From: a virus
IMG/VR virus record: IMGVR_UViG_3300002307_000034
Coordinates: 1 to 64,000 of that record
Length of the DNA: 64,000 bases
Strand: one strand, 5' to 3'
Part shown: one piece after another, positions 44,331 to 55,497 of the stretch
Numbering within the stretch: the stretch's first letter is position 1
How the letters are laid out: each line of letters opens with the position of its first letter
Position numbers and translations under genes: made by a program
Notes under the pieces: generated by a model
What the model saw: the letters and a program-made list of their open reading frames with translations, nothing else
Databases searched by the model: none
Told to the model about the DNA's origin: nothing

Positions 44331-47300
44331 TTATGCAAAAATCATTGGTTTTAATATCAATTGTGTTGTAAGACCATTGTTATATGATTGTGTAACTGAT
44401 TTTACAAAATAATATGTTGGACTTTGAGTTCCTATTCTTTTTAATGAATAAGTAAACTTACAAAAATCTCCGACTTGAATTAAAGGATTTCCAAATACTT
44501 GAATTGATATTTCTTTATGAAATCCAGTAAGCAAGCTTGCAGAATCAAGTAATATTCGATATGCATCATTTTCTCCTTGAACCCAGTCTGTTGTTAATTG
44601 AACAGATGTATTTGAATATTTTCTGTCAATTACTTTTTCGAGCACTATTTGATTAGTTAAAAATTGATAATTTGCTTGAATTTGCAAAGGAAATATTGTT
44701 AAGTTTCCTATGTTATCGCCTGGTGCCTTTAACCATAATATTTGATTATGATTATTTACAACAGCAAATCTTGATCTAAACGGGGTCATGGCAACTTTTG
44801 AATATGACCCATCCCATGAATCAACTCTACCCATAATAATGTTAGTTAAGTTATTATTAGCAGTTGCAGTGCCATAAAATACTTTTTGTAAAACTGCTGT
44901 ATTTGGCAAAACAGGAGATAATGAATGTTTAACATCATAAAATTTAAAACCACGAACTTGTGGTTTAGCTTGCCATAAATAATGATCAACTGAATTTTGT
45001 ATACCGTGAACAATATTATCCAAAAACTTTTCTGTATTAAAATGATATCTTGGAAGATATTTAAAATCAGCTTGATTATTTAATTCATCAACTACTGGAA
45101 ACTTAGATGCATATATTTCTGTTAATTTTGCAGAAGCAATTCCATTTTTAATACATGAAACAAATGCTCCAAAATTTGATGTGCCATTGGGGACTATGCT
45201 AGTTATAAAGCTATCTAATTGTATTTTAGATATTTCTCTGCCATCAACATATATATATAAATATGGACTTGACATATATACAGAAATTCTATGATTTACA
45301 CCATCAAATAAATCTAAAGACAGCACTTGGCTATATACTGCAGAATTTATTTTATTGTTAATTGCTTTTGAATATGTTGTTGCATTTCCATTTGGACTTC
45401 CGGTAAATAATTCTATTTTGGTATTAGCCTGTCCATATCTTGATACGGTAAGAAATTGTGCATTTGAAGTATCTCCAGCAACAACATTAAAAAATAATCC
45501 AAACTGAGTTTGATCAGCATGTCTATAACTTGAATTAAATGTTGCTGCAAAATAATTATAATTTTTTGAAAGTTCATTTGGAGATAATAATGTAGATTGT
45601 CCAACTATTGAATTTGACATTCTTGCAGTTCCATAAGTAAATGCTGTACCATCTCCAAGAGATCCAAATCCAACTGTAGTCGTTCCAGTCATTAATTTTG
45701 CTGAATTAAAATATGATGATGGATCAACTGTTCCTGATATGGCATTTGCTGTGTCCGCAGCACTATCATAAATATTATGATCTTTAATTGGAGTATTATA
45801 TTTTCCACGCATTACACCTACAGCTTTTCCTGTAGGGTAATATCTAATTTCTTCAAAAGTTTGACCTAAAGAATTTACATAATCTTTTATTTCTCTTATT
45901 GCATTATCTATATCTGATGGACCCGTAATTATTTTATTTATACTTAAATTAAAATTATTACTTGGAAAGAATCTATATTCCAAACCTTCATAAGATAATA
46001 TTTCAGATCCTATAAAAACATCACCCTTATTGTTTGCAATTGTTCTAGGTAAACTTAATATTATAGAAGGATCAAAATTAAAATAATTTTGATATGTAGT
46101 CATTGATTTTGAAATTTCTGTACAAGGAAGTGCATTTTCTACATCTTCTTGCCAAACAGTTTTAACAGTATCTCTTTTTTTGGATATTAATCCAATTTGA
46201 GAATTTAAATCTGAAACATAATCGCTATAATTTGTGTTGGGAATTCTATAATTTATTATTACTTTTCCAACTTTTGGTCCTATTGATTCTTGAAATGTAG
46301 AAGGAATTATATTAGCAGTATAAGAAATTCCATCTACTGTTTCTGCTTTATCTGTAACCGAAAAGTCTGCTGCAAAAGTGTTTGCATTAAATTTATTTAA
46401 AATTGATTTTAAACTTATAAATTTCATCATTCCATATTCATCAAAAAATGCAGAAATTTGATGTGCTACAAATAAACTTTGCAAAGCATCAAATAAAGTT
46501 ATTTGCTCATCAGTCCAAAAATAATGAATTTTTGCTTTTTGATCTAATGCGTTGACTAGGCTATCGTAATCGTAATCACTAAAACCAGATATGTTAAATA
46601 AATCAGTTATAATTTCTAAAAGCCCAGCATTTGTAGCAGAGTATTGTGGTGCTGCCATTGCCATCATTAAATATTTTGATTGATCAAAAGCACTTACAGT
46701 TACATTATCAATATCATTAATTTGCCAAACATCTGAATAAAATATTCCAGATGGTATGGAGCCAGCAAATGTACTCATGGGGGAAGTATAAAAACAGGAA
46801 AACTTTACGCCTTGTCTCATTAAATTATAAAATGTAGCTTCTTTAGCATCATTTTCAAATATAGTAAAAGGTTGATTATTATATGTAATTGGAATATTAC
46901 TTATGCTTAAATTTAAACTATTTGAACTGATATAACCTATTGGAAAAGATTGATCTCCTGTAGAAGATGATTCTTTTGTAATTGATTTAGACATTATTAG
47001 CGGAGATATATCTATTTCAAGTCTTGGAGAAACTTCAATAATACTAAATGATGTAGCAGAGGTGCTGCTTTGAGCATCAATATTTATATTATTAGAATTT
47101 GGTTCAATTGTATTAACTTGTATATGTAAACCTTTTATTGAAACAAATAAATCATTTCCCGCAAATGTTTGTATTTGTCCATTTTGATTTAATTGAGGTG
47201 GGACAGCCCATTTATTTTGAGACCATCCAGCACCATTATAATAAAGAACTGCAGTATCATCATTATTAAATTTAATATCAGAAGCAATAATTACATCTCC

Positions 47301-48725
47301 TGCATTTGTATTTAAAACAATATTAATTGTTTGTGCTGTAGAAAAAAAAGTATTTGCTTTAATTACAATTTTGTTTACTTTCATATAATTTTCATATTGT
47401 GCTTGAATACCAGTGTAGTTTATGCCCGGTTCAGAGACATAGAATTTAAATCTATCATATATAGAAGGTACATATTGTTTATACGGATATGTATTTTGTA
47501 TAATTATTTCTGGATTTTGTGTATAAAAAGAACAAGGTTTAGTAGCTTGATTCCATGAACCATAATTAATAAATCTGGATGGATCAGTAGAAGGCAATAA
47601 TGTATTTAATAATGTTTCTCCAGGTCTCCCCGCTTGAAATACAGATTCAGTTGGATAATAATTATTAAATAAGAAATCATATTCAGTAATTTCATATATC
47701 TCAAACTTGTCAGAATAAAAAGTATATCCTTGATAATCTGCATAAACATTTAAAGTTAACTTAATTTTATCAAAAGCTTGACTTGTAGAAGTTGGCCTTG
47801 TTCCAAACCATACCTCTACTTTCTGCCAAGAGGAAGGATCTACCATTGCAGTACCGGACGGAACATAATTTTCAGAATTATTATCATTATAAATTTTTAC
47901 AAAATAGGATCCATTTATTAATGTTGTATTGTTATAACAATCAATTTTTGGACTTACATATACTTTATTTGTAAAATTACTTGCTGGTGCATTATTATTA
48001 TTTGACCCAGCAATTATATTATCAGTAAATGTTATTATGCTTCCAGTACTTGATAAAGTTGTTATGTAAGTTGGATTATTATCATTTTCAATTTCTGAAC
48101 GATATATTTCATACCCGGAAGCATTTTTGCTTGTTGCAATATCTAAAATAACTTGGGAGCTTGATAAATTAGAAAATCCAATTTGATCTGTAAATGAAAT
48201 ATAATCTAAACCATAGGACTCTCCATCTGAGCCGATTGGTACAATTCTATAATACCAATTTGTAGTCCCGCCTGGTGAGCCTGGATGTAAACTTACTGGA
48301 GTACCAGAGTAATCTCCTATAGAAATAGGGGTCCCAAAAGTTTGTATGGTTTTAGATCTTAAATAAAAAACCATTTTGTAATATTTGCTTTGAGCTGAAG
48401 ATGAAACTGTTATGGGTACAGTTGTTATTTGATCTCCATTGCCAGATATATAAAATTGAGGACAGGAAGGATTTTGATCAACTTCTGTTATTTTTCCTAC
48501 TGTTGTGCTTATTGTTGCACCATTTAAAGAAGACCATTTTGTTGGATCTGATAAATCTAATGACGGATTATATTGATTTATTCTGTCATTTGTCCATGAT
48601 GATGCGGTAACGTAAGGCTGATAAAATGCATTATAATTCCATTCGGCATAAACATTAGGAATTAAGTTTATAGCTGATGAAGATGCAAAAGTTTGTTTAG
48701 CATTTGTATCGCTTACATTTAGCAT
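44331..48725 (-). CDS. large tail tip / baseplate hub protein
   Basis: 1464 aa, two genes after the TMP; FFDEYG, C-terminal GNPLIQVGD. Confidence 0.75.
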   Translation of the reverse strand: MLNVSDTNAKQTFASSSAINLIPNVYAEWNYNAFYQPYVTASSWTNDRINQYNPSLDLSDPTKWSSLNGATISTTVGKITEVDQNPSCPQFYISGNGDQITTVPITVSSSAQSKYYKMVFYLRSKTIQTFGTPISIGDYSGTPVSLHPGSPGGTTNWYYRIVPIGSDGESYGLDYISFTDQIGFSNLSSSQVILDIATSKNASGYEIYRSEIENDNNPTYITTLSSTGSIITFTDNIIAGSNNNNAPASNFTNKVYVSPKIDCYNNTTLINGSYFVKIYNDNNSENYVPSGTAMVDPSSWQKVEVWFGTRPTSTSQAFDKIKLTLNVYADYQGYTFYSDKFEIYEITEYDFLFNNYYPTESVFQAGRPGETLLNTLLPSTDPSRFINYGSWNQATKPCSFYTQNPEIIIQNTYPYKQYVPSIYDRFKFYVSEPGINYTGIQAQYENYMKVNKIVIKANTFFSTAQTINIVLNTNAGDVIIASDIKFNNDDTAVLYYNGAGWSQNKWAVPPQLNQNGQIQTFAGNDLFVSIKGLHIQVNTIEPNSNNINIDAQSSTSATSFSIIEVSPRLEIDISPLIMSKSITKESSSTGDQSFPIGYISSNSLNLSISNIPITYNNQPFTIFENDAKEATFYNLMRQGVKFSCFYTSPMSTFAGSIPSGIFYSDVWQINDIDNVTVSAFDQSKYLMMAMAAPQYSATNAGLLEIITDLFNISGFSDYDYDSLVNALDQKAKIHYFWTDEQITLFDALQSLFVAHQISAFFDEYGMMKFISLKSILNKFNANTFAADFSVTDKAETVDGISYTANIIPSTFQESIGPKVGKVIINYRIPNTNYSDYVSDLNSQIGLISKKRDTVKTVWQEDVENALPCTEISKSMTTYQNYFNFDPSIILSLPRTIANNKGDVFIGSEILSYEGLEYRFFPSNNFNLSINKIITGPSDIDNAIREIKDYVNSLGQTFEEIRYYPTGKAVGVMRGKYNTPIKDHNIYDSAADTANAISGTVDPSSYFNSAKLMTGTTTVGFGSLGDGTAFTYGTARMSNSIVGQSTLLSPNELSKNYNYFAATFNSSYRHADQTQFGLFFNVVAGDTSNAQFLTVSRYGQANTKIELFTGSPNGNATTYSKAINNKINSAVYSQVLSLDLFDGVNHRISVYMSSPYLYIYVDGREISKIQLDSFITSIVPNGTSNFGAFVSCIKNGIASAKLTEIYASKFPVVDELNNQADFKYLPRYHFNTEKFLDNIVHGIQNSVDHYLWQAKPQVRGFKFYDVKHSLSPVLPNTAVLQKVFYGTATANNNLTNIIMGRVDSWDGSYSKVAMTPFRSRFAVVNNHNQILWLKAPGDNIGNLTIFPLQIQANYQFLTNQIVLEKVIDRKYSNTSVQLTTDWVQGENDAYRILLDSASLLTGFHKEISIQVFGNPLIQVGDFCKFTYSLKRIGTQSPTYYFVKSVTQSYNNGLTTQLILKPMIFA

Positions 48726-49477
48726 TATATCTCCGTAAATTGCAAAGTTACATCAACATAATCTGTTAATGTAAATCTTTTTGTTATAGTATATTTAAAG
48801 TCTGTCATAAATGCTTGATATAATTCAGTTCCGCTTCTTGGGGTTACAGTTTTATATGTTCCCGATGCTGATGCTGATGATATATTAGAAACTACAAATC
48901 TTGTTGAATCAACGGCATTTACTATATAGCTGCCATTATACTCTGTTGGAAAAATACCTGCAATGTCTACAATTTGTCCAACAGATAATCCGTGTGAAGT
49001 TGTTGTAGTAAATGTAACAGATCCAGTTGAAGGTGAATTTAAAGATTGATTTGGCGTAACAGTAACAATTTGTATTGGATTTGTCAAAGTTCCTTTTTGA
49101 GAAGAATTAAAAGCTGTTCCTGATGCATTATCAGTTGAATTAATTAATCTTACATATATTGGTTGGAATACATATTTATCATAAAATGCTTTCATGAAAG
49201 CTGCTCCTTGACCGCCATCTGTTGTTGCTTTAAATCCACCTAGACTTACGCCATTTGTATATAAAGTATTACTTGCAGCTGGAATATATGACCATGAACA
49301 ATCAATAACATTTTTATTAGCAATGACAAATTTACGCATAGTTCCATTTGCCATTCTTTGTACCTGTTCAATACGAACGGGAGCAGATTGGATAGGACCT
49401 CTATTATCGTCTGTAAGTTTATACCAGGTATTATTATCTGCTGATACCCAAATTCCTGATGCTATTGACCAAGCCAT
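48725..49477 (-). CDS. distal tail-like protein with inserted beta-domain
   Basis: directly after the TMP; RMANG.MRK..IA.K, C-terminal V.LQF.E. Confidence 0.65.
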   Translation of the reverse strand: MAWSIASGIWVSADNNTWYKLTDDNRGPIQSAPVRIEQVQRMANGTMRKFVIANKNVIDCSWSYIPAASNTLYTNGVSLGGFKATTDGGQGAAFMKAFYDKYVFQPIYVRLINSTDNASGTAFNSSQKGTLTNPIQIVTVTPNQSLNSPSTGSVTFTTTTSHGLSVGQIVDIAGIFPTEYNGSYIVNAVDSTRFVVSNISSASASGTYKTVTPRSGTELYQAFMTDFKYTITKRFTLTDYVDVTLQFTEI

Positions 49478-52400
49478 TATACATTTCTCCTTGTCATCTG
49501 CTTTTGAACAGATTGATTAATTTTAGTTATAACAAGATTTGCTACTTGATTAGCATCCGCCCCTTGTGGAGGATATACATTAATTGTGTTATCTCCAAAC
49601 CTTACATTGTTTGATGATACTGCATCTGATATTGCAGATGATCTTGCAGCAGATAATGCAGATTGTGGAACGGTAAATGATTTATTGTTTACAGCGTCTA
49701 AGAAAGATTTTCCATATTTACTTACAGAATCTGCTTGAATTACATATTCTCCATTTGAAAGATTTGCAGGGATAGAATCAGACTTTGAAGTTCCTGGACC
49801 CATTACATACCCACCGCTTGCTAATCCTAACTTCTTTACCAAATTTGAAATAAGTCCTCCAAAAAGACTATTTAATAACCCTAAAGGACCACTTGCAATT
49901 GACTTTATTATTCCTGCAACTGATGTTACTGAATTTGCTATATCTTTAATAACTTGACTTATTTTATCCCAAATTCCAGTAAACCAACCTGAAACTGGTT
50001 TAGATATTGCATTAAATATATTTGAAACAAATCCCCAAGTTTCGCTTGCCCATGTTTTTATATCTTTCCACATTTGAGAAAACCATGATGCTACGGGCTT
50101 TTCAATTTTATTCCAAATTTTATCAATGAATCCCCAGATATCGGATGCAAGCTGTTTTGTGTCTTTCCACATTGTAGAAAACCATTGTCCTACAGGTTTA
50201 GTAAGTTTATCCCAAATTTTTTGAATCCATCCCCAGGCGTCGCTTACATATTGTGCAATTTGTTGCCATAAACTCTTATGTTTTTCAAGCCAATCATTAT
50301 ATTCTTTTTCAAGTTGAATATTAATATCTGATTGTACTTTTGAAGCTCCCGCACCTTTACCGCTTTGTGCTGCAGATAATGCAGCTTGTGCTGCAGCAAG
50401 TGCAGCATCTTGTGTAGCTGTGCTAATCGTCTTGCCTGGTCCTGAAGTTTTTGCTTGAAGTTCATCAATTTTTGCCTGAAGTGCATCAATTTTATTTTGT
50501 GAAGATAAATCTGCTGCAACCTTTGCAGCTGCCATAGCATCTTTGGTTTTTTGAATTTGTTGATTTTGTTGCTGAACGGCAAGAGCTATAAGATCTCCGG
50601 ATCCTCTTGCTTTTACAGCTTCTGCTTCAAGATTCATTTGTGCTTGCTGAGCATCAATATTTCTTAATTGTGAATTGTATAAGTTATCACGAGCTGTTTT
50701 TTCTTTTTCTATTAATTTAATCTTGTCTTGATAATCTTTAATTGCTGTTTTATCTCCTGCTGTAGAAGTATCTCCCGCTGCTGCTTTTGCAGCATTTGCA
50801 TGTGCAGCATCTGCTGCTGCTTGTGCTGCATCTACCGCAGCTTGTGCTGATGCAGTATCAGATTTTATAGCATTTTGATATTGTGCAAATCCTGATGTTG
50901 CAGTTTTTACTCCCGCTGCTGTTCCAGCGCCAAGTATTGCGTTTTGAGACAAGAAAAACCCTGCAGAAGCCATCTGATTAATTGCAATAATATCTTGCAT
51001 TGCAACCTTATGAGCTTTTAATGTATTATTTAAACTTTGAAGTACTGGATCAGATTTGCCCACAGTATCATTCCATGATTTAAAAGCTCCATCTGAAGAC
51101 AGTGTTGCTTTTTGAACATTTGTTAATGCTGCAAATGCAGATTGAAAACCAGTAATATATTTTGGGTTAACAAGCTCTTCATATGTTGTGGGAGCTTTAG
51201 TTAATTGTGTTAATAATTGTCCTTGAGCTTGTGCTTGATAATTTTGTTGTCCTTTTCCTGCGAGGCCTGGGAATACTTTTCCAAGTCCAGCGGTGCCTAA
51301 TAAGAACGGATCTAACATTCTCAATACTCTACCCGCACCATTATTTGAATTTAAATTTTTACCAAATATATTTGCTTCACCGCCAAACAAAACGGACTTC
51401 ATTACATTTCCCCAAGAACCGCCTGCTTTTGCGCCTTCAGCTGTACCCAAAACTTGACCAGCATTTATTTGTCCGCCCAAAGAATTTCCAGCTTTAGATA
51501 TTACACCTGAATAAGTATCAGTTAATGCTTTTGTAGATGCAATTACTTTATGTTGAGATGCAGCAAGTTTATCATTTAATAATGATTCTGTTAATTTTGC
51601 TTGAGTAATTGTAATTGCATGTGTTGCAACTCCATCTGCTGCCATTTTATATGCATTAATATTATTTGATGCATTTGCATAACTTGTTGCTATTTCGCCG
51701 TTAGCTTGTTTTGCAGCGTTTGCAGCATTTGTCATTCCATTACTAAATATTTTAAGTCCAATTACTGCAGCTGCTGCAGGTGCAGCAAATGCAGCTGTTG
51801 CTGAAGTCATAGCTAGCATGCCGTATGTCATTGCTGCTGAAGTTGCAGTTCCTTTTGCTCCAGATAGATCTGCTCCCCCAACTGAATTTGGTATAGTTTG
51901 CATTGCAAGTGGAACACCCATCATCAATCCCATATTTAATGCCATAGGGTTTGCAGCAAATCCTTTAATTCTACCCATTAGTCCAGACATTTTGTTTGCT
52001 GAAGTTGTAACTGATCCTATACCTTTATCTGGAGACCACTGACTTCCTGGAGTACCCATATTTGGCATCCCAAGGAACGTTGAGCCCCCACCCATACCAG
52101 GAAGAGACATCTGTTGAAAACCAAGCATTGTTGATGCTGCAAGCTGTTGCCCAACTAGTTCTGCTTCTGGGAGCATTGAAGCAACACCAAGGACTTCTCC
52201 TTCAACTAATTGCTCTCCTTGTGCAAAAGCTCTTTTTGAAGGAGATCTCATCTGAGCAGCAGTTGCTATTCCTTCTTCCCAACCAGCTAATGTTGCATTT
52301 GTAATATTTAAACCTAATAGTTTAGATTGCTGTATGACTGCTGCCATTAATTGTGGAGTATTTGCTCCTTGAGATATAGCACTTTCATACATTTGTTGTA

Positions 52401-55400
52401 TTCCAAGTGTTAGCTCTTCTACATTTCTTGTTGCAATTGCTGCAATTTCTTTTTCAGTTACGCCTTGTTGTCTTAATTCTTCATAATAATTTGCTCTTGC
52501 CTGTACACCAATTTTTGTGTATTCTGCATATTGCAAGAAGTTTTTTGTAATTCCTTGAAGTTTATCTTTATCTTCTAATGACCAAGTTAAAATTTCAGTA
52601 AGAACTTTGTTTTGAGTAATTAATTCTTTGCCTGTTGCTGCTAAGTCTTTTGTTACTTTTCCTTCAAGGGCTGCATATTCGGCTTGTATTTTAGCAATTT
52701 GTTGCTCTTCATTAGCCATTCCTTTTGTTGCAGCAAGTTCTTTTTCTTTTGCTGATTGTAATGCTTTTAAGTATACATCTTTATTTCCCGCACCAGTTTG
52801 TCCAACCATCATGTTTGCAAGCTGATTTGGAACTTGTGCCATACCAGCCCACAGCATTGGATTAAATGAACCTGATGGTCCACGAACAACTTTTGGAAGA
52901 TTTACAAGGTGTGCTCTTGAAGCGTTATAAAAATCTGGATTTGTTATTCCTGCATCACGAGCAGCTTCGGCAATTGCATTTTGTTCTCTACGCATAGATT
53001 CAAGCTCATATGGTCTATTTCCTAATGATCTATCAAATGGAACTCTTGCACCAAGAGAGGATGCACCTCCGCCACGACTTGAAAGACCTACTGTATAAAG
53101 TTGAGTTTTTTCAAATCCTGGTAAACCAAGTGCTGCTACCTGATCTCTTACTGATTGAAGAGATGTTTTTAATACTTTTCCTTCTTTTACAAAAGACTCA
53201 AGATATGATACAACTGCTGTTTTAATATCATCAGTCATTGCTGTATCTTCTGCAAACATTTGTTGCAATCTAGATACTTCTGTAGATCTTCTAAAACTAA
53301 ATTCTGTTAATCCAACTACTCCACCAGCGTATCCGCCTAGTGTTCCGTTATTCATTGCATTTAATACTGATCCATATTTTTTAGTTGCATTTGCAGTTAT
53401 TACAGATTCTCCTGGAGCAAGCATTGCGGGAATAGAATCTTTTGTTCCGGAGCCTGGTAATCCAACTACTCCAGATGCAAATCCTGGAAGTCTTACTTGT
53501 ACTCCTTTTCCTCCGCCAATTCCCATAGCTTCTCTTTGTGCTACGGCCAATGCTTCAAATTGCGTGGTTAATTCTGTAATTGATTTACTTAAAATATCAA
53601 ATGCTTTTGCATTACTTGTAATGGATTCTGGCATAAGATCCATTTGATTTCTTGCAGCAATAATTCCAGTATCAAGATTTTCATAGAAATTACGCATATT
53701 ATGAATGCCAGCCATAAACTTATTTTGAGTAGGAAGAGATTCATCCATCCCTTGCCTAAACATTCTAATATAATTAGCACCCTTTAATAAGTTACCTGTT
53801 AAGTTTGCAAATAAACCAATTAACATTAATATTGGTCCAATTACAATCATTCCAACTAATCCGCCACCAAATACTTTTCCTAATATACCAGCTATAGGCC
53901 CAAGCATGTGACCAATTTTTTCAAATGATTTAATTATTTTATCTAATGCTCCAGCTAATCCGCTGAATGAATTTAAAAATGTTTGTCCTATAGGAATTAA
54001 ATCTGCTTTTATTGTTTCTGTCATTCTCTTAAATCTACCACTTGCAGATTCAGTTTGAGTTTTTAATTCTTGTGCTGCTAACTTTGCAAGATCTTGTGAA
54101 GAAGCTCCCATTAATTGAAACACTGTTTGGGTTTGGCTTCCAGCTTTTCCTAAATTATCAATAAGTGCTTGAATTCTTGCTTGTTGGAACTTTCCAAATA
54201 ATTTTTCAATCAGTTGAGCTTTTACAAGTGGATCTAATTTTTGCATAGATACTTGTAATGCTTCAATCATTTTTACTGGATTTCCTCCAGTTGTTGATGC
54301 TATATTTTTTACACTAATTCCATATTGTTTAAAAGCATCTTGTGCTGCTTTAGTTGGATTGATTAATGAAGCAATAGCAGATTTAATTGCGTTTGCAGCT
54401 TGAGCTGCTGGCACACCTGCTTCTTTCATTGCAACCATCATTGCTGCTGTATCTTTAAACGATCCACCTAATTGTGCAACAATTGGTCCTACTCTTGGAA
54501 TTGCATCTACTAAATCTTGTAAGCTTGTTGATGTTTGGTTTTCAACTGCGTTTAAGAAATCAACTGCTTGAGTCAATCCTTGTGTATTTAATTTATAAAC
54601 ATTTTGCAATGAAACGGTAGCTTTCATTGCTTGTGCATGGTCTAATTCTCCGAGTGTTGCAAGCCTTAAAGCTTCTCTTGTTGCATTTATTAAACCTGTT
54701 CCTGTTTGTCCTGTTGCAGCTAAATCTGCTGCCATTGCAGCTGTTTCTTGTACAGAAATGCCAAAACTTCTTGCAAGTTCTGTTCCAAGTGCTGTTACAT
54801 CTTTTCTTACTCCAGCTAAAACTTCTTTTGTTGGTTGCTGTAAACCAGTTCCATAAACTTTAGCTAATCTTGTTAATTCTTGGTCAACTTGTAAAAATGT
54901 TTTAGAGGCTGTTATTCCAAACATAGCCATTGGCATAGTCAAACCAACAGTTAATTGGCGTCCCATCCATTGTGTATTTTTACCAAAATTGATCATCTTC
55001 ATAGCACCATCATTAAGTGCTGTGTTTAATGCTTTTTGATAAAATATAGCTTTTTCTTCAGCAGTAACTACACCATTGATATCTGTTACTAATTTTGCAT
55101 ATCCTGGTCGAAGTGGATCTGCTACTGCAATTGATCTATTTAATCTAGCTTGTGATGTAGCTAGTGCGTCTAATTCTTTAGAAGTACCTTTTGCACTATC
55201 CCGCCAAATTTTATAATAATTATTTAAACTTAATTGTCCTGACGCAAGTTGTTTTCCAAACTTAGTCACACTGTCTGTCATAGCTACATGCTGAATTGTA
55301 AATGCACGAGTAGACAAAACCGCACTATCAAAAGCAGATTGTGCTTGCTTGATAGATGCGGTTGCTTGAGGAGTAAAGGGTCCGCCAACTGACATCTTTT

Positions 55401-55494
55401 GCATAGATGCCATTGCTTCTTTTAATTTTGCAACTTCTGCATAAACTTGTTGGAACTGAGCGTTAGCAACAATGTTTAAAGAAATATTATTCAA
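49477..55494 (-). CDS. tape measure protein
   Basis: 2005 aa, Ala/Gly-rich helical, TP901-type core, TM segments, Trp-periodic repeats. Confidence 0.93.
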   Translation of the reverse strand: MNNISLNIVANAQFQQVYAEVAKLKEAMASMQKMSVGGPFTPQATASIKQAQSAFDSAVLSTRAFTIQHVAMTDSVTKFGKQLASGQLSLNNYYKIWRDSAKGTSKELDALATSQARLNRSIAVADPLRPGYAKLVTDINGVVTAEEKAIFYQKALNTALNDGAMKMINFGKNTQWMGRQLTVGLTMPMAMFGITASKTFLQVDQELTRLAKVYGTGLQQPTKEVLAGVRKDVTALGTELARSFGISVQETAAMAADLAATGQTGTGLINATREALRLATLGELDHAQAMKATVSLQNVYKLNTQGLTQAVDFLNAVENQTSTSLQDLVDAIPRVGPIVAQLGGSFKDTAAMMVAMKEAGVPAAQAANAIKSAIASLINPTKAAQDAFKQYGISVKNIASTTGGNPVKMIEALQVSMQKLDPLVKAQLIEKLFGKFQQARIQALIDNLGKAGSQTQTVFQLMGASSQDLAKLAAQELKTQTESASGRFKRMTETIKADLIPIGQTFLNSFSGLAGALDKIIKSFEKIGHMLGPIAGILGKVFGGGLVGMIVIGPILMLIGLFANLTGNLLKGANYIRMFRQGMDESLPTQNKFMAGIHNMRNFYENLDTGIIAARNQMDLMPESITSNAKAFDILSKSITELTTQFEALAVAQREAMGIGGGKGVQVRLPGFASGVVGLPGSGTKDSIPAMLAPGESVITANATKKYGSVLNAMNNGTLGGYAGGVVGLTEFSFRRSTEVSRLQQMFAEDTAMTDDIKTAVVSYLESFVKEGKVLKTSLQSVRDQVAALGLPGFEKTQLYTVGLSSRGGGASSLGARVPFDRSLGNRPYELESMRREQNAIAEAARDAGITNPDFYNASRAHLVNLPKVVRGPSGSFNPMLWAGMAQVPNQLANMMVGQTGAGNKDVYLKALQSAKEKELAATKGMANEEQQIAKIQAEYAALEGKVTKDLAATGKELITQNKVLTEILTWSLEDKDKLQGITKNFLQYAEYTKIGVQARANYYEELRQQGVTEKEIAAIATRNVEELTLGIQQMYESAISQGANTPQLMAAVIQQSKLLGLNITNATLAGWEEGIATAAQMRSPSKRAFAQGEQLVEGEVLGVASMLPEAELVGQQLAASTMLGFQQMSLPGMGGGSTFLGMPNMGTPGSQWSPDKGIGSVTTSANKMSGLMGRIKGFAANPMALNMGLMMGVPLAMQTIPNSVGGADLSGAKGTATSAAMTYGMLAMTSATAAFAAPAAAAVIGLKIFSNGMTNAANAAKQANGEIATSYANASNNINAYKMAADGVATHAITITQAKLTESLLNDKLAASQHKVIASTKALTDTYSGVISKAGNSLGGQINAGQVLGTAEGAKAGGSWGNVMKSVLFGGEANIFGKNLNSNNGAGRVLRMLDPFLLGTAGLGKVFPGLAGKGQQNYQAQAQGQLLTQLTKAPTTYEELVNPKYITGFQSAFAALTNVQKATLSSDGAFKSWNDTVGKSDPVLQSLNNTLKAHKVAMQDIIAINQMASAGFFLSQNAILGAGTAAGVKTATSGFAQYQNAIKSDTASAQAAVDAAQAAADAAHANAAKAAAGDTSTAGDKTAIKDYQDKIKLIEKEKTARDNLYNSQLRNIDAQQAQMNLEAEAVKARGSGDLIALAVQQQNQQIQKTKDAMAAAKVAADLSSQNKIDALQAKIDELQAKTSGPGKTISTATQDAALAAAQAALSAAQSGKGAGASKVQSDINIQLEKEYNDWLEKHKSLWQQIAQYVSDAWGWIQKIWDKLTKPVGQWFSTMWKDTKQLASDIWGFIDKIWNKIEKPVASWFSQMWKDIKTWASETWGFVSNIFNAISKPVSGWFTGIWDKISQVIKDIANSVTSVAGIIKSIASGPLGLLNSLFGGLISNLVKKLGLASGGYVMGPGTSKSDSIPANLSNGEYVIQADSVSKYGKSFLDAVNNKSFTVPQSALSAARSSAISDAVSSNNVRFGDNTINVYPPQGADANQVANLVITKINQSVQKQMTRRNV

Positions 55495-55497
55495 TCA

